Shown in pieces: positions 27,601 to 35,447 of a DNA stretch of 64,000 nt; within the stretch, counting starts at the first letter, position 1, and every line of letters begins with the position of its first letter. The notes beneath the pieces were generated by a model, which had not been told where the DNA came from, did no database searches, and saw only the letters and a list, made by a program, of their open reading frames with translations. The position numbers were made by a program, and so were the translations under genes. Source of the DNA: an uncultured Acidiphilium sp. (GTDB taxonomy: Bacteria > Bacillota > Clostridia > Christensenellales > Borkfalkiaceae); NCBI GenBank assembly GCA_964532155.1, contig CAZHGN010000001.1:20825-84824 (forward strand), written 5' to 3'.

Positions 27601-28283
27601 ACGTTGCTTTTTCCAACCAAGAAATGAACCGCATTAAGCGCCGTATAGCAACGCTCGGCCCGATTAACCCGACCGCCGTCGAGGAGTTTAACGCATTGCG
27701 CGAGCGTTATGAGGAATATAATACGCAACGTAACGATCTCGAAGCCGCAGAAGCAGACCTTAACGGAATTATTAAGGGCTTGACGGACGAAATGCTTAAA
27801 ATCTTTAACGAAGGTTTCGAGCAAATTCGCGGCAACTTTAAAAAGATATTTAAGGAATTGTTCGGAGGCGGAAGCGCCGACCTTATTCTCGATTATACCG
27901 ACGTAAACGATCCGCTCGAGGCGGGCGTTGAAATCGTTGCCGAGCCGCCGGGAAAAAAACTTACGAAAATATCCCTTCTTTCGGGTGGCGAGCAGGCTCT
28001 TACGGCGACTGCGATCTTGTTTGCTATACTTAGAATGAGACCGATGCCGTTCTGCGTTCTCGACGAAATCGAGGCGCCTTTGGACGACGCTAACGTAGAA
28101 AGAGTTGCCGAATATTTGGAGAAGTTCTCTTCCGAAACGCAGTTCGTCGTAATAACACACAAAAAGGTTACTATGGAGCATGCAAATACATTGTTCGGCG
28201 TTACGATGCAAGAAAAGGGCGTTTCTAAAATAATATCGGTAAAACTCAGCGATATTGCCAACAACGGCGACATTGCCGACTAA
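24690..28283 (+). CDS. smc: Chromosome partition protein Smc
   Basis: 1197 aa. Walker A is GPNGCGKSNI, followed by long coiled coils and a hinge. The signature is LSGGEQALTA and Walker B is FCVLDEIEAPLDD. Confidence 0.95.
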   Translation: MDFTKIELIGFKSFADKQEILFNDGITAIVGPNGCGKSNIADAIRWVLGEQSAKSLRGSSMQDVIFNGTQDRKSLSYCEVSLYFDNTNKIFPSLDYTEVCMSRKLFRSGESEYSLNKKPCRMKDIVELLHECGVSKGGYSIIGQGKIAEIMNSKPEDRRVIFEEAVGIASSKQKKIENERKLEKTRENIIRIIDLSSELEKDLGPMEQKAEKTREYLKLTSEFRYHEINSYLYKAENSHVVKEKIDLRIAGLEEEQRSRQDDYLKTQSSYESHRAEISEIDLKISDIAERILNLSVGMEKQSGISTLYNERISNLLAQIKELEDDCTARRDRIRTIDKNVVEKNEFIEKSKNELALVEKRIAEISNELDKVIRLLSEGETMAQDAQNKVLQSVESLAGIKMNMGALSGERSVITAQQKEVLEKIQALAEKRRRVASEKETCSLSVEQLIKDVAKLKSDIEDEESAVKSTNDFIAEISNRISAINSEIASLNAKKNVYKGLIESFNGYPDSIRGLMNAAKNNPALSSRIKGMVASVLKTEPKYEVAISTVLGGAMNNVITDNPDDAQYLIDYLKRNGGGRITFLPVTSMKPRYDSAEITSALKETGACGLASNVVRYDGYYDNVVRFLLGNTLICDDIKNAVAIAKRHRFAFKIVTLDGDVVNPSGSMTGGSRRQESSNLLSTERILEQVEKELSAKTAQLNSLITNKEQSLSQVNEMVDDLNAKEDSLNEKRQALASLKEKVSLLEQSLSEVDAEISANDQSVKQITDRLDEITRAYTDINIDNEKLNEARESASSDALKHQSFYGELREKRELLISENTELQTKSARIKAEIENTTDEIARLNDERAESVKTVEQNKIRISESEAAVEYNKREVEKIALSTEERSGLNNLRAESDAMKARKEKLNMLIAQEDLKKQALSSEISHIVAKINEEKMERTRVDSELEFLQKHIEEEYGLTYETCIQEKDPEYNVAFSNQEMNRIKRRIATLGPINPTAVEEFNALRERYEEYNTQRNDLEAAEADLNGIIKGLTDEMLKIFNEGFEQIRGNFKKIFKELFGGGSADLILDYTDVNDPLEAGVEIVAEPPGKKLTKISLLSGGEQALTATAILFAILRMRPMPFCVLDEIEAPLDDANVERVAEYLEKFSSETQFVVITHKKVTMEHANTLFGVTMQEKGVSKIISVKLSDIANNGDIAD

Positions 28284-28307
28284 TTCAGATAACTACCGAG
28301 GTTTTTT

Positions 28308-29207
28308 ATGGCTTTTTTTAAAAAAATATTCGACGCCTTGAAAAAGACAAAAGACAGCTTGTCAAAAAAAATGGCGGGTCTTTTTACGGGTGATAAGCTT
28401 GGCGACGAGTTTTATGAGGATTTAACAGATATCCTTATTTCGTCCGACGTTTCTTACGCTACCGCCGAGGAAATCGTCGAAGAGCTTAGAGATAACATGA
28501 TAAAGGAGCGTACCGACGATAAAGAATACGTTTTGAATTCGCTCAAGGATATTCTGTGTAAAAAACTCGAAGTTGCAGGCGAGTTCGAAATCGAATACCC
28601 CGCCGTTATAATGGTTATAGGCGTTAACGGTGTTGGCAAAACTACCTCTATCGGTAAGCTTGCGGCTTATTTTAAATCTAAGAAAAAATCCGTTTTGCTT
28701 GCCGCCGGCGATACCTTCCGTGCCGCCGCAGCCGAGCAGCTTTCCGTTTGGTCGGAGCGTGCAGGCGTTAGGCTCATTTCTCACGGCGAGGGGAGCGACC
28801 CTTCGGCTGTCGTATTCGACGCCGTTTCGTCGATGAAGGCAAAGGGCAACGACGTTTTAATAGTCGATACGGCAGGTCGTCTTCACGTTAAGACCAACTT
28901 AATGGAAGAACTAAAAAAGATCAACCGCGTTGCTTGCCGAGAATATCCCGAAGCACATTTTTATAAATTTATCGTGCTGGACGCGTCTACCGGACAAAAC
29001 GTAAATTCTCAAGTTTCCGCTTTCGGAGATGCCGTCGGCGATATCGACGGTATCGTGCTTACCAAGCTCGACGGAACAGCAAAGGGTGGTTTTGTGATAT
29101 CCCTTTGTTACGAGTACGAAATTCCCGTTGCTTTTGTCGGTACGGGCGAAGGGATCGACGATATCGAGGAATTTGACGCGCGAAGTTTTATCGACGGTTT
29201 GTTATAA
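28308..29207 (+). CDS. ftsY: Signal recognition particle receptor FtsY
   Basis: NG domain with GVNGVGKTTSIGKLA, DTAGRL and TKLDGTAKGG. Confidence 0.93.
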   Translation: MAFFKKIFDALKKTKDSLSKKMAGLFTGDKLGDEFYEDLTDILISSDVSYATAEEIVEELRDNMIKERTDDKEYVLNSLKDILCKKLEVAGEFEIEYPAVIMVIGVNGVGKTTSIGKLAAYFKSKKKSVLLAAGDTFRAAAAEQLSVWSERAGVRLISHGEGSDPSAVVFDAVSSMKAKGNDVLIVDTAGRLHVKTNLMEELKKINRVACREYPEAHFYKFIVLDASTGQNVNSQVSAFGDAVGDIDGIVLTKLDGTAKGGFVISLCYEYEIPVAFVGTGEGIDDIEEFDARSFIDGLL

Positions 29208-29218
29208 GGAGTACCGCA

Positions 29219-29941
29219 TTGGATACTATCATTAATTACCTTGCGCGTTTTGCCGTTTTGTTGTTTATTCTTCCCGCACACGAATTCGCGCATGCTTTTG
29301 CCGCTCGCATCAACGGCGACGATACGGCTAAGGCTATGGGACGTTATACGCTCAATCCGTTTAAGCATTTCGATCCTATAGGACTTGTTTGCTTTTTGAT
29401 CGTAGGCTTCGGTTGGGCAAAGCCTGTTCCCGTCAACCCTTATAATTATAAAGATTATAAAAAGGGAAGCGTTCAGGTTGCGATTGCCGGCGTTTTGGCT
29501 AATTATATATTAGCATTTTTGTTTTATCCGCTTATGCTTGCGGTGGAGATATATTTATTCCCGCTTGCTAAGGGAACGGCGCTTGCTACGCTCGTTGAAT
29601 TATTGTTCTACATTTGTCTGTACGGCTTTATGCTTGACCTGTCTTTCTTTGCGTTCAATCTTATTCCGGTATATCCGTTGGACGGATTTAGGCTTTTGGA
29701 TACGTTCGTGAAGAGAAAAAACGAAAAATATTACAATTATAAGAAAAAAGGATATTACGTACTGCTTGCATTAATGCTTTTAAGCTCTGTATGCAGTAGA
29801 ATACCTCAACTTGCTGTGCTCGACGTTTTCGGCTATTTTATGGAGTTTTGCGTAAAAATAGTCGGATACCCCATAAGCTTTATTTGGGATAAAATATTTG
29901 GTGTAAATTTTAGATCTATATTATGGATGATTATAGCGTAA
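29219..29941 (+). CDS. Site-2 protease family (peptidase M50) membrane metalloprotease
   Basis: HEFAHAFAA (HExxH) and NLIPVYPLDG (NxxPxxxLDG) lie within a multi-TM protein. The start codon is TTG. Confidence 0.75.
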   Translation: MDTIINYLARFAVLLFILPAHEFAHAFAARINGDDTAKAMGRYTLNPFKHFDPIGLVCFLIVGFGWAKPVPVNPYNYKDYKKGSVQVAIAGVLANYILAFLFYPLMLAVEIYLFPLAKGTALATLVELLFYICLYGFMLDLSFFAFNLIPVYPLDGFRLLDTFVKRKNEKYYNYKKKGYYVLLALMLLSSVCSRIPQLAVLDVFGYFMEFCVKIVGYPISFIWDKIFGVNFRSILWMIIA

Positions 29942-30720
29942 AAAACTTTGAAACGATATTCGATTACGATACGCGTGCGGGTGACTTTACCGGGCCGCTT
30001 GATTTGCTGCTTTATTTAGTGAAGCAAGCGCGTATTGAAATTAAGGATATATTTCTATCCGAGGTTACCGAGCAATTTATGCAATACCTCGACGAACATA
30101 CCGAATTGACTATTGAAATGCGCGGCGAGTATTTGAGCGTTGCGGCGACTTTGCTTTACGAAAAATCCAAGGCGCTGTTGCCGAAGATCGAGGAGATTTT
30201 CCAAGAAGACGAAGAGGATCCCGGTCAAACGCTTTTGCGTAGGCTTGAAGAACTCAAACTCTTTCAGGAGATGAGCGTAAAACTCAAGGAGATTGAGAAC
30301 GTCAATCGGTTTTATAAAGAGCCGGAGCCTACCGCACGAGAAACCAGAGTTGTTTTTAACTGCTTTAGCGTTGAAAAACTCGTCAAGGCTCTTTCCGATT
30401 TACTTTCGCGAGTGGAACTCGACAAGGAGATTTACGCCAAAAAGGAAATCCCCAAAGAGGTTTTTACCGTAAAAGATAAAATGACTGCTATTCAGGAAAA
30501 AATTCTCGATGCAAAGGAATGTAGTTTTTACGAACTGTTCCGTTACGGTGCTTCTAAAGCGGAAATTATCACTACTTTTCAGGCAGTATTGGAACTTTTA
30601 AAAAGACAATTTATAAAGGTTGAACAAGGCGGTGTTTTCGAAGAAATTATGGTCTTGCTTAACGATGAAAGAGGAGGGGATAGTCTTGGCGACTTCGGCG
30701 ACCTTAGCGAGTATAATTGA
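29923..30720 (+). CDS. scpA: Segregation and condensation protein A
   Basis: 265 aa. FTGPLDLLLYLVKQARIEIKDI is the typical ScpA N-terminus. It lies upstream of scpB. Confidence 0.85.
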   Translation: MDDYSVKNFETIFDYDTRAGDFTGPLDLLLYLVKQARIEIKDIFLSEVTEQFMQYLDEHTELTIEMRGEYLSVAATLLYEKSKALLPKIEEIFQEDEEDPGQTLLRRLEELKLFQEMSVKLKEIENVNRFYKEPEPTARETRVVFNCFSVEKLVKALSDLLSRVELDKEIYAKKEIPKEVFTVKDKMTAIQEKILDAKECSFYELFRYGASKAEIITTFQAVLELLKRQFIKVEQGGVFEEIMVLLNDERGGDSLGDFGDLSEYN

Positions 30721-31480
30721 ATCTGTTGTTTTTGTTTCGGGTACGGCAATTTCGGCAAAAGATATTGCCGAAAAGCTTGAAGTAACGGAAAAACAGGTTC
30801 TCGATGCGGCAAAAACGCTTCAGACCAAATACGACGGTTCGAGCGGAATTAATCTTTTGATTTTTAATAAAAAACTTCAGTTTTCGTCCAATCCCGACAA
30901 TGCCGAAGCGGTTGCGTCCGTGCTTAATCCCATAAGGGAAAAGGCGTTGTCTAAAACGCTTTTGGAGTCGGCTGCTATTATTGCGTATAAACAGCCGGTA
31001 ACGAGGCTCGACTTGGAGGAAATCCGCGGAGTCGACAGCGAATACGCTATTCAAACGCTTTTAAAACTTGGAATAATCGAGGTCGTCGGCAGAAAAGATG
31101 CTATAGGACGCCCTGTCCTTTTCGGGACGACAGACGAGTTTTTAAAACGATTTCAGATTTCTTCGCTCGACGAATTGCCCGATTACGATACGCTTTTAGC
31201 GGCGATTACCGTAAACAAAAAGGGCGACTATTTATTTGAAAAAGATACTTACGACGAGAGCACCGATCCGGAGTACGCCAACCGGAACGCCGATATATCC
31301 GATACGGACGGCGAAAACGGTGACGTCGGAGGCGGTATTGGCGGTCAAGACGGCGGCGTAGGCGCGCTTGGCGAGACCGAGGAAGGAATCGAGCAAGGTG
31401 AAGACGATTTCGATCTTGACGATTTAGAAGAAGAACTTCCCGATTTCTTAGTCGGCGAAGACGTTACTAAAGTAGAATAA
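30665..31480 (+). CDS. scpB: Segregation and condensation protein B with an acidic/Gly-rich C-terminal tail
   Basis: The ATG at 30665 gives ...LASIIESVVFVSGTAISAKDIAEKLEV, and IAYKQPVTRLDLEEIRGV also matches (tandem winged helices). The ORF-track start at 30620 lies deep inside scpA. Confidence 0.85.
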   Translation: MKEEGIVLATSATLASIIESVVFVSGTAISAKDIAEKLEVTEKQVLDAAKTLQTKYDGSSGINLLIFNKKLQFSSNPDNAEAVASVLNPIREKALSKTLLESAAIIAYKQPVTRLDLEEIRGVDSEYAIQTLLKLGIIEVVGRKDAIGRPVLFGTTDEFLKRFQISSLDELPDYDTLLAAITVNKKGDYLFEKDTYDESTDPEYANRNADISDTDGENGDVGGGIGGQDGGVGALGETEEGIEQGEDDFDLDDLEEELPDFLVGEDVTKVE

Positions 31481-31500
31481 TCTACGGACATAGTTTATTG

Positions 31501-31527
31501 GAAAGGCAGAAATGCCTTTCTTTTTTA
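31501..31527 (+). terminator. Rho-independent terminator after scpB
   Basis: GAAAGGCA-GAAA-TGCCTTTC followed by TTTTTT. Confidence 0.7.
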
Positions 31528-31569
31528 TTTTCTATGTATATTTTTAATTTGTAGAATAAGACTAATTGT

Positions 31570-32115
31570 ATGCGGGGGATATGGTTCTTTTTTATAACTA
31601 ATACAATTTTACTTTTCCCCTTATACCTAAAAGTAAGCGCAGTCGTTTCTCAAAAAAAACTTTATTTTTCTTTATCGTTTTATGGTCTCCCTTTTTGGGG
31701 CGGTTACCTTAACAATAAGGGCGTAAAACTCTATTTGCATATTAGCGATAATAAGGCTATTATTTTAGATTTATACGATTATTTAAAGAAAAATAAAGGA
31801 CTTATAAGCTTTAAAGGGATAATTTTAACAGAGTTTTCGGCGGTTAGCGTAATAGGCGAACGGTCTAAAATCGCGCAAGCCGTTTGTTCTTTTTATCCTC
31901 TTTCGGTTGTTACTTGCCTTGTTGCGGGTAATAATTTGCCGTACTCGGCAATAAAAAGCGACTTGCTTTTAATTGAGTGTTGTTCCGATTGTGCGTTGGC
32001 GTTGAGGTTTGGGGTTGCGTTTAATCTGTTTACGCTCGCAAATATTGTTACTCGTTTTTTTATCTATAAGGCGGTTGAATTATGGAAGAAAAGAAAAAAG
32101 TTAAAAAGGTTTTAA
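31570..32115 (+). CDS. Hypothetical membrane protein (possibly DUF2953/YtfI-like, judged only by position upstream of a YtfJ-like gene)
   Basis: 181 aa with an N-terminal TM. I see no recognisable motif. It overlaps the next ORF by 34 nt. Confidence 0.25.
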   Translation: MRGIWFFFITNTILLFPLYLKVSAVVSQKKLYFSLSFYGLPFWGGYLNNKGVKLYLHISDNKAIILDLYDYLKKNKGLISFKGIILTEFSAVSVIGERSKIAQAVCSFYPLSVVTCLVAGNNLPYSAIKSDLLLIECCSDCALALRFGVAFNLFTLANIVTRFFIYKAVELWKKRKKLKRF

Positions 32116-32426
32116 CCGACGTGATTAATAATTGTTGCTGCGAAACCGTATGCGGCGAAAAAATCGAGGACGGAAATGGCGGTTTCGTCGTGCCGATTAA
32201 TTCGGTGTTTACTATGACTCTCGATGCATACGGAGATTACGGTAAAATTAAAAGGCTTTCGGCGGATGGAAAAAAGACGGCGGGCGGGGCGGTTGCTATA
32301 AAAAATTCCTTTCCGCGTTATGCCGTCGTTAACAACGGAAAAGGGTTATCGGTGATAAACTTGGATGACGGCATGTTTACTTTTTTAGGTCATTTATTGG
32401 ATATTATAAAAAATGAAAAAGATTAA
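32082..32426 (+). CDS. GerW/YtfJ-like sporulation protein (divergent)
   Basis: 114 aa. The pattern GEKIEDGNGGFVVPINSV...GGAVAIKNSFPRYAVVNNGKGLSVINL resembles the YtfJ core (Gly-rich centre, beta-strands either side). Confidence 0.4.
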   Translation: MEEKKKVKKVLTDVINNCCCETVCGEKIEDGNGGFVVPINSVFTMTLDAYGDYGKIKRLSADGKKTAGGAVAIKNSFPRYAVVNNGKGLSVINLDDGMFTFLGHLLDIIKNEKD

Positions 32427-33453
32427 AAAATCATTGATTATATGCCTAATTCTTATAATTATTATGTTAGGCATGGGAGCTAATTACTCCTCTGAAACAA
32501 GTTATATTCTAATCGATGGTGAAAGCGGCAGAATATTGTTTGAAAAAAATGCCGACGCAAAAAAACGGATAGCAAGCCTTACTAAAATCGCCACTTGCAT
32601 AACGGCAATCGAACTTTTGGATTTAACCGACGAAGTATGTATTAAAAACGAGTGGACGGGTATCGAAGGCTCGAGTATTTACTTGCGTGAAAACGAGAAA
32701 TTAACCGTGAGCGATTTGTTATACGGTCTTATGCTGCGTTCGGGAAACGACGCTGCAACGGCACTATGCGGTTATTCGCGCGATCGGAAATTGCCTTTCA
32801 TTAAGGTAATGAACGATATTGCTTTAAAGTCGGGCGCAACTAATACTTGCTTTGTAAATCCGCACGGACTTGATGAGGACGAACATTTTTCCACAGCGCA
32901 CGATATGGCGTTGCTTTGCGCGTATTGCATGAAAAACGAAGAATTTGCGCGCGTTGTCGGAACGAAAAAAATCATTGTCGGCGAAGGCGAATCGAAGCGC
33001 GAATTAATAAATAAAAATAAACTTATATATCGCTATCCTTATGCCGAAGGAATAAAAACCGGGTACACTAAAAAATCCGGAAGATGTTTGGCATCGTCGG
33101 CAGTTAAGGACGGTTTTAGGCTTATATGTATCGTGCTCGACTGTCCGTCGACTTACGAGGTTACCGAAGGACTTTTTAACGACGGATATGAAAAATTTGA
33201 TCATACTCTTCTTCATTCTAAGGGAGTTCCCGTTTGTTTTTACGAGCGTAACGGAAAAAGTTTGCCGTGCTACGTGCAAGAGGACGTTTTTTATCCTCTT
33301 ACGGCTGATGAAAAAGCAAGCGTTACGCAAAAATTTTTTTTGACCTATAACGGTGATTTTCCCGTGAAATCGGGAACGGAAATGGGAAGAATTGAATTTT
33401 ATCTTCAAAATCAGTTGCTTTTTAGCCGAAAAATATATAATATTATTGCATAG
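32413..33453 (+). CDS. D-alanyl-D-alanine carboxypeptidase (peptidase S11, PBP5 type)
   Basis: Signal/TM segment, SxxK (ASLTKIAT), SxN (RSGNDAA) and KTG (IKTGYT). Confidence 0.85.
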   Translation: MKKIKKSLIICLILIIIMLGMGANYSSETSYILIDGESGRILFEKNADAKKRIASLTKIATCITAIELLDLTDEVCIKNEWTGIEGSSIYLRENEKLTVSDLLYGLMLRSGNDAATALCGYSRDRKLPFIKVMNDIALKSGATNTCFVNPHGLDEDEHFSTAHDMALLCAYCMKNEEFARVVGTKKIIVGEGESKRELINKNKLIYRYPYAEGIKTGYTKKSGRCLASSAVKDGFRLICIVLDCPSTYEVTEGLFNDGYEKFDHTLLHSKGVPVCFYERNGKSLPCYVQEDVFYPLTADEKASVTQKFFLTYNGDFPVKSGTEMGRIEFYLQNQLLFSRKIYNIIA

Positions 33454-33483
33454 AATTATTTTATAAATCGGACAAGTGACGAC

Positions 33484-34188
33484 ATGCGTATTAACAAGTA
33501 TTTGGAAGGTTGCGGCGTAGGAAGCCGCAGATATTGCGATTCTCTCATTGCGAGCGGAAAAGTTACGGTCAACGGAAGACCTTGCAAACTCGGGCAGGAC
33601 GTTGAAGAAAAGGACTACGTTGCGGTTGAAGGTAAAAGGGTAACTCTTGCTACGGTAAAAAATCTTTATTTTATTATGAATAAGCCAAAGGGTTACGTTT
33701 GCACGGTTAAAGACGACAAGGGCAGAAAAACCGTTATGGAACTTTTGCCTAAGTTGTCCACTCGCGTGGTGCCCGTAGGTAGGCTCGACTACGATAGTGA
33801 AGGCTTACTTTTGTTCACAAACGACGGCGAGCTTATAAATCGTTTAACTCATCCGCGCCACGAAATACCCAAGACCTATTTGGTTAGGGTTGAGGGAAGC
33901 GTTCCCGAATCTGCATTGGCAAAGCTTCGCGCCGGGGTCGAGCTCGACGGAAAAGTTACGAACAAAGCAACCGTTCGCCTTGTTTCAGCCGATGATAAAT
34001 TTTCTAAGTTTTCGGTAACTATAACCGAGGGGCGCAACCGCCAAGTCAGGCGCATGTTTGAAAGTATAGGAAAAGAAGTAGTATTTTTAAAGCGAATTAA
34101 AATCGGCGATCTTTCGCTTTCTGGCATCGATCGCGGTAAATGTAGACCTCTTTCGCGTGCCGAAATTGAATATTTGAAAAATCTTTAA
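33484..34188 (+). CDS. rluB: Pseudouridine synthase, RsuA/RluB family
   Basis: N-terminal S4 domain (RINKYL...GSRR), the catalytic GRLDYDSEGLLLFTNDG, and EGRNRQVRRM. Confidence 0.85.
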   Translation: MRINKYLEGCGVGSRRYCDSLIASGKVTVNGRPCKLGQDVEEKDYVAVEGKRVTLATVKNLYFIMNKPKGYVCTVKDDKGRKTVMELLPKLSTRVVPVGRLDYDSEGLLLFTNDGELINRLTHPRHEIPKTYLVRVEGSVPESALAKLRAGVELDGKVTNKATVRLVSADDKFSKFSVTITEGRNRQVRRMFESIGKEVVFLKRIKIGDLSLSGIDRGKCRPLSRAEIEYLKNL

Positions 34189-34265
34189 TAAACAAAGCCT
34201 CGTAACTTAACGGATTTTTAGCTTTTGTATTTTCTTATGTTCCTACATATTTTTACGGAGGAACT

Positions 34266-34388
34266 ATGAAAAAATACGGAAAGCTTGTTGTGTGCTTGGT
34301 TGCGTTATTCGTTTTAACGTCTGCTTATTTGGCGGTTGAGCGAATTATTGGCAGCGTAAGCGTAATGACTTCGGTTTTGTTCGGGTAA
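34266..34388 (+). CDS. Unannotated 40-aa small membrane peptide (MKKYGKLVVCLVALFVLTSAYLAVERIIGSVSVMTSVLFG)
   Basis: ATG at 34266 is preceded by GGAGG (34257-34261). It has a Lys-rich N-terminus and then a hydrophobic helix. It is below the 60-aa ORF-track cutoff. Confidence 0.35.
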   Translation: MKKYGKLVVCLVALFVLTSAYLAVERIIGSVSVMTSVLFG

Positions 34389-34411
34389 TCTATAGTATTT
34401 TGGTAGTCTTT

Positions 34412-35083
34412 ATGAGCAAAGAAGAAAATCTTAACTTATACAACCTCGAGCTTAAAAAAATAAGGGAAGAATGCAAAAAACAAATCAAGGCTTTGGCAGA
34501 TAAATCTAAAGCGAAAATGGTTTCGCTTTACGAGGACGTTCTCGGTGAAGAGTATACTTTGGCACTTGAGGAAGGGCGGCGTTTTGCCGAAAAATATAAA
34601 GATCTTATTAACGTCGCTTTCGAATATGCAGCGCAGGGCGAAGGGCGAGAACTCGTTATGAAGATATCGGCGTTGTCCGATAACGAGGAAAAGGATAAAA
34701 AAGATAAGAATAACAAAGCCGAAATAGTTTACGAGTTGCTTGACAGGATTATGGATTATCTCGAAGACGATTATCCCGATTTGGTTTCGCTTATAAAGCA
34801 CGTTCAGTACGATATATCTGCTAACGAAGAAAAAATAAGCGTAATGCTCAAACAAAACGAGAGTGAACTTAAAGATGTTAGGGAGGACGTTAAGAAGTAT
34901 TTCCGAAAAGGGTTGGAAGAAATTTTGTATTCTTTTTCGCAGATCGTTGCAGACATGCGCAAAAAATACGACGTCGACGCAGACCGTGTTGAAAAAATCG
35001 AAATAGACAACGTCGATGAACCCGATATCCCTAACGAAGAATCTTATTTACCTTTTAAAAAGGGTAAAGGAACTATTAACTGA
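34412..35083 (+). CDS. Hypothetical acidic, predicted all-helical/coiled-coil protein
   Basis: The ORF is open 34400-35083, and the ATG at 34412 gives MSKEENLNLYN.... It is rich in E/K/D, and I recognise no motif. Confidence 0.5.
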   Translation: MSKEENLNLYNLELKKIREECKKQIKALADKSKAKMVSLYEDVLGEEYTLALEEGRRFAEKYKDLINVAFEYAAQGEGRELVMKISALSDNEEKDKKDKNNKAEIVYELLDRIMDYLEDDYPDLVSLIKHVQYDISANEEKISVMLKQNESELKDVREDVKKYFRKGLEEILYSFSQIVADMRKKYDVDADRVEKIEIDNVDEPDIPNEESYLPFKKGKGTIN

Positions 35084-35087
35084 AATG

Positions 35088-35120
35088 AAACTCCGATTTT
35101 TTCGGAGTTTTATTTTTTTT
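35088..35120 (+). terminator. Rho-independent terminator after the acidic hypothetical gene
   Basis: AAACTCCGA-loop-TCGGAGTTT followed by TATTTTTTTT. Confidence 0.7.
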
Positions 35121-35382
35121 GCTTTAATATTTCGATAAACAATAATTCACCGAACCAATGATAATTAACAATAATTCATTAAAAATAAGTTTGGTGAATA
35201 TGCAATCATATAAATAGATAAATTGTCGTGCAACACAAAAATAAGATAAAAAGCGCAATTTTTGCCCGTAATATAGCGTGTTATATTGCATGTAATTGCG
35301 TTATTTGATAACGATTGCAAAAGAAAAGCAAGCGTAAAATCGGTTGATAAACTTTTAGCTTGAATGCATTAATGGCTAAGCA

Positions 35383-35428
35383 AAAGCACGCCGTGATTGA
35401 CAAAAGCGGTCAACGCAAGGCGTGCTTT
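35383..35428 (-). terminator. Candidate terminator downstream of tkt
   Basis: AAAGCACGCC (35383-35392) pairs with GGCGTGCTTT (35419-35428), enclosing an inner TTGAC/GTCAA hairpin. The T-run on the minus strand is weak. Confidence 0.35.
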
Positions 35429-35447
35429 ATTCATTTTATTATGTCGT

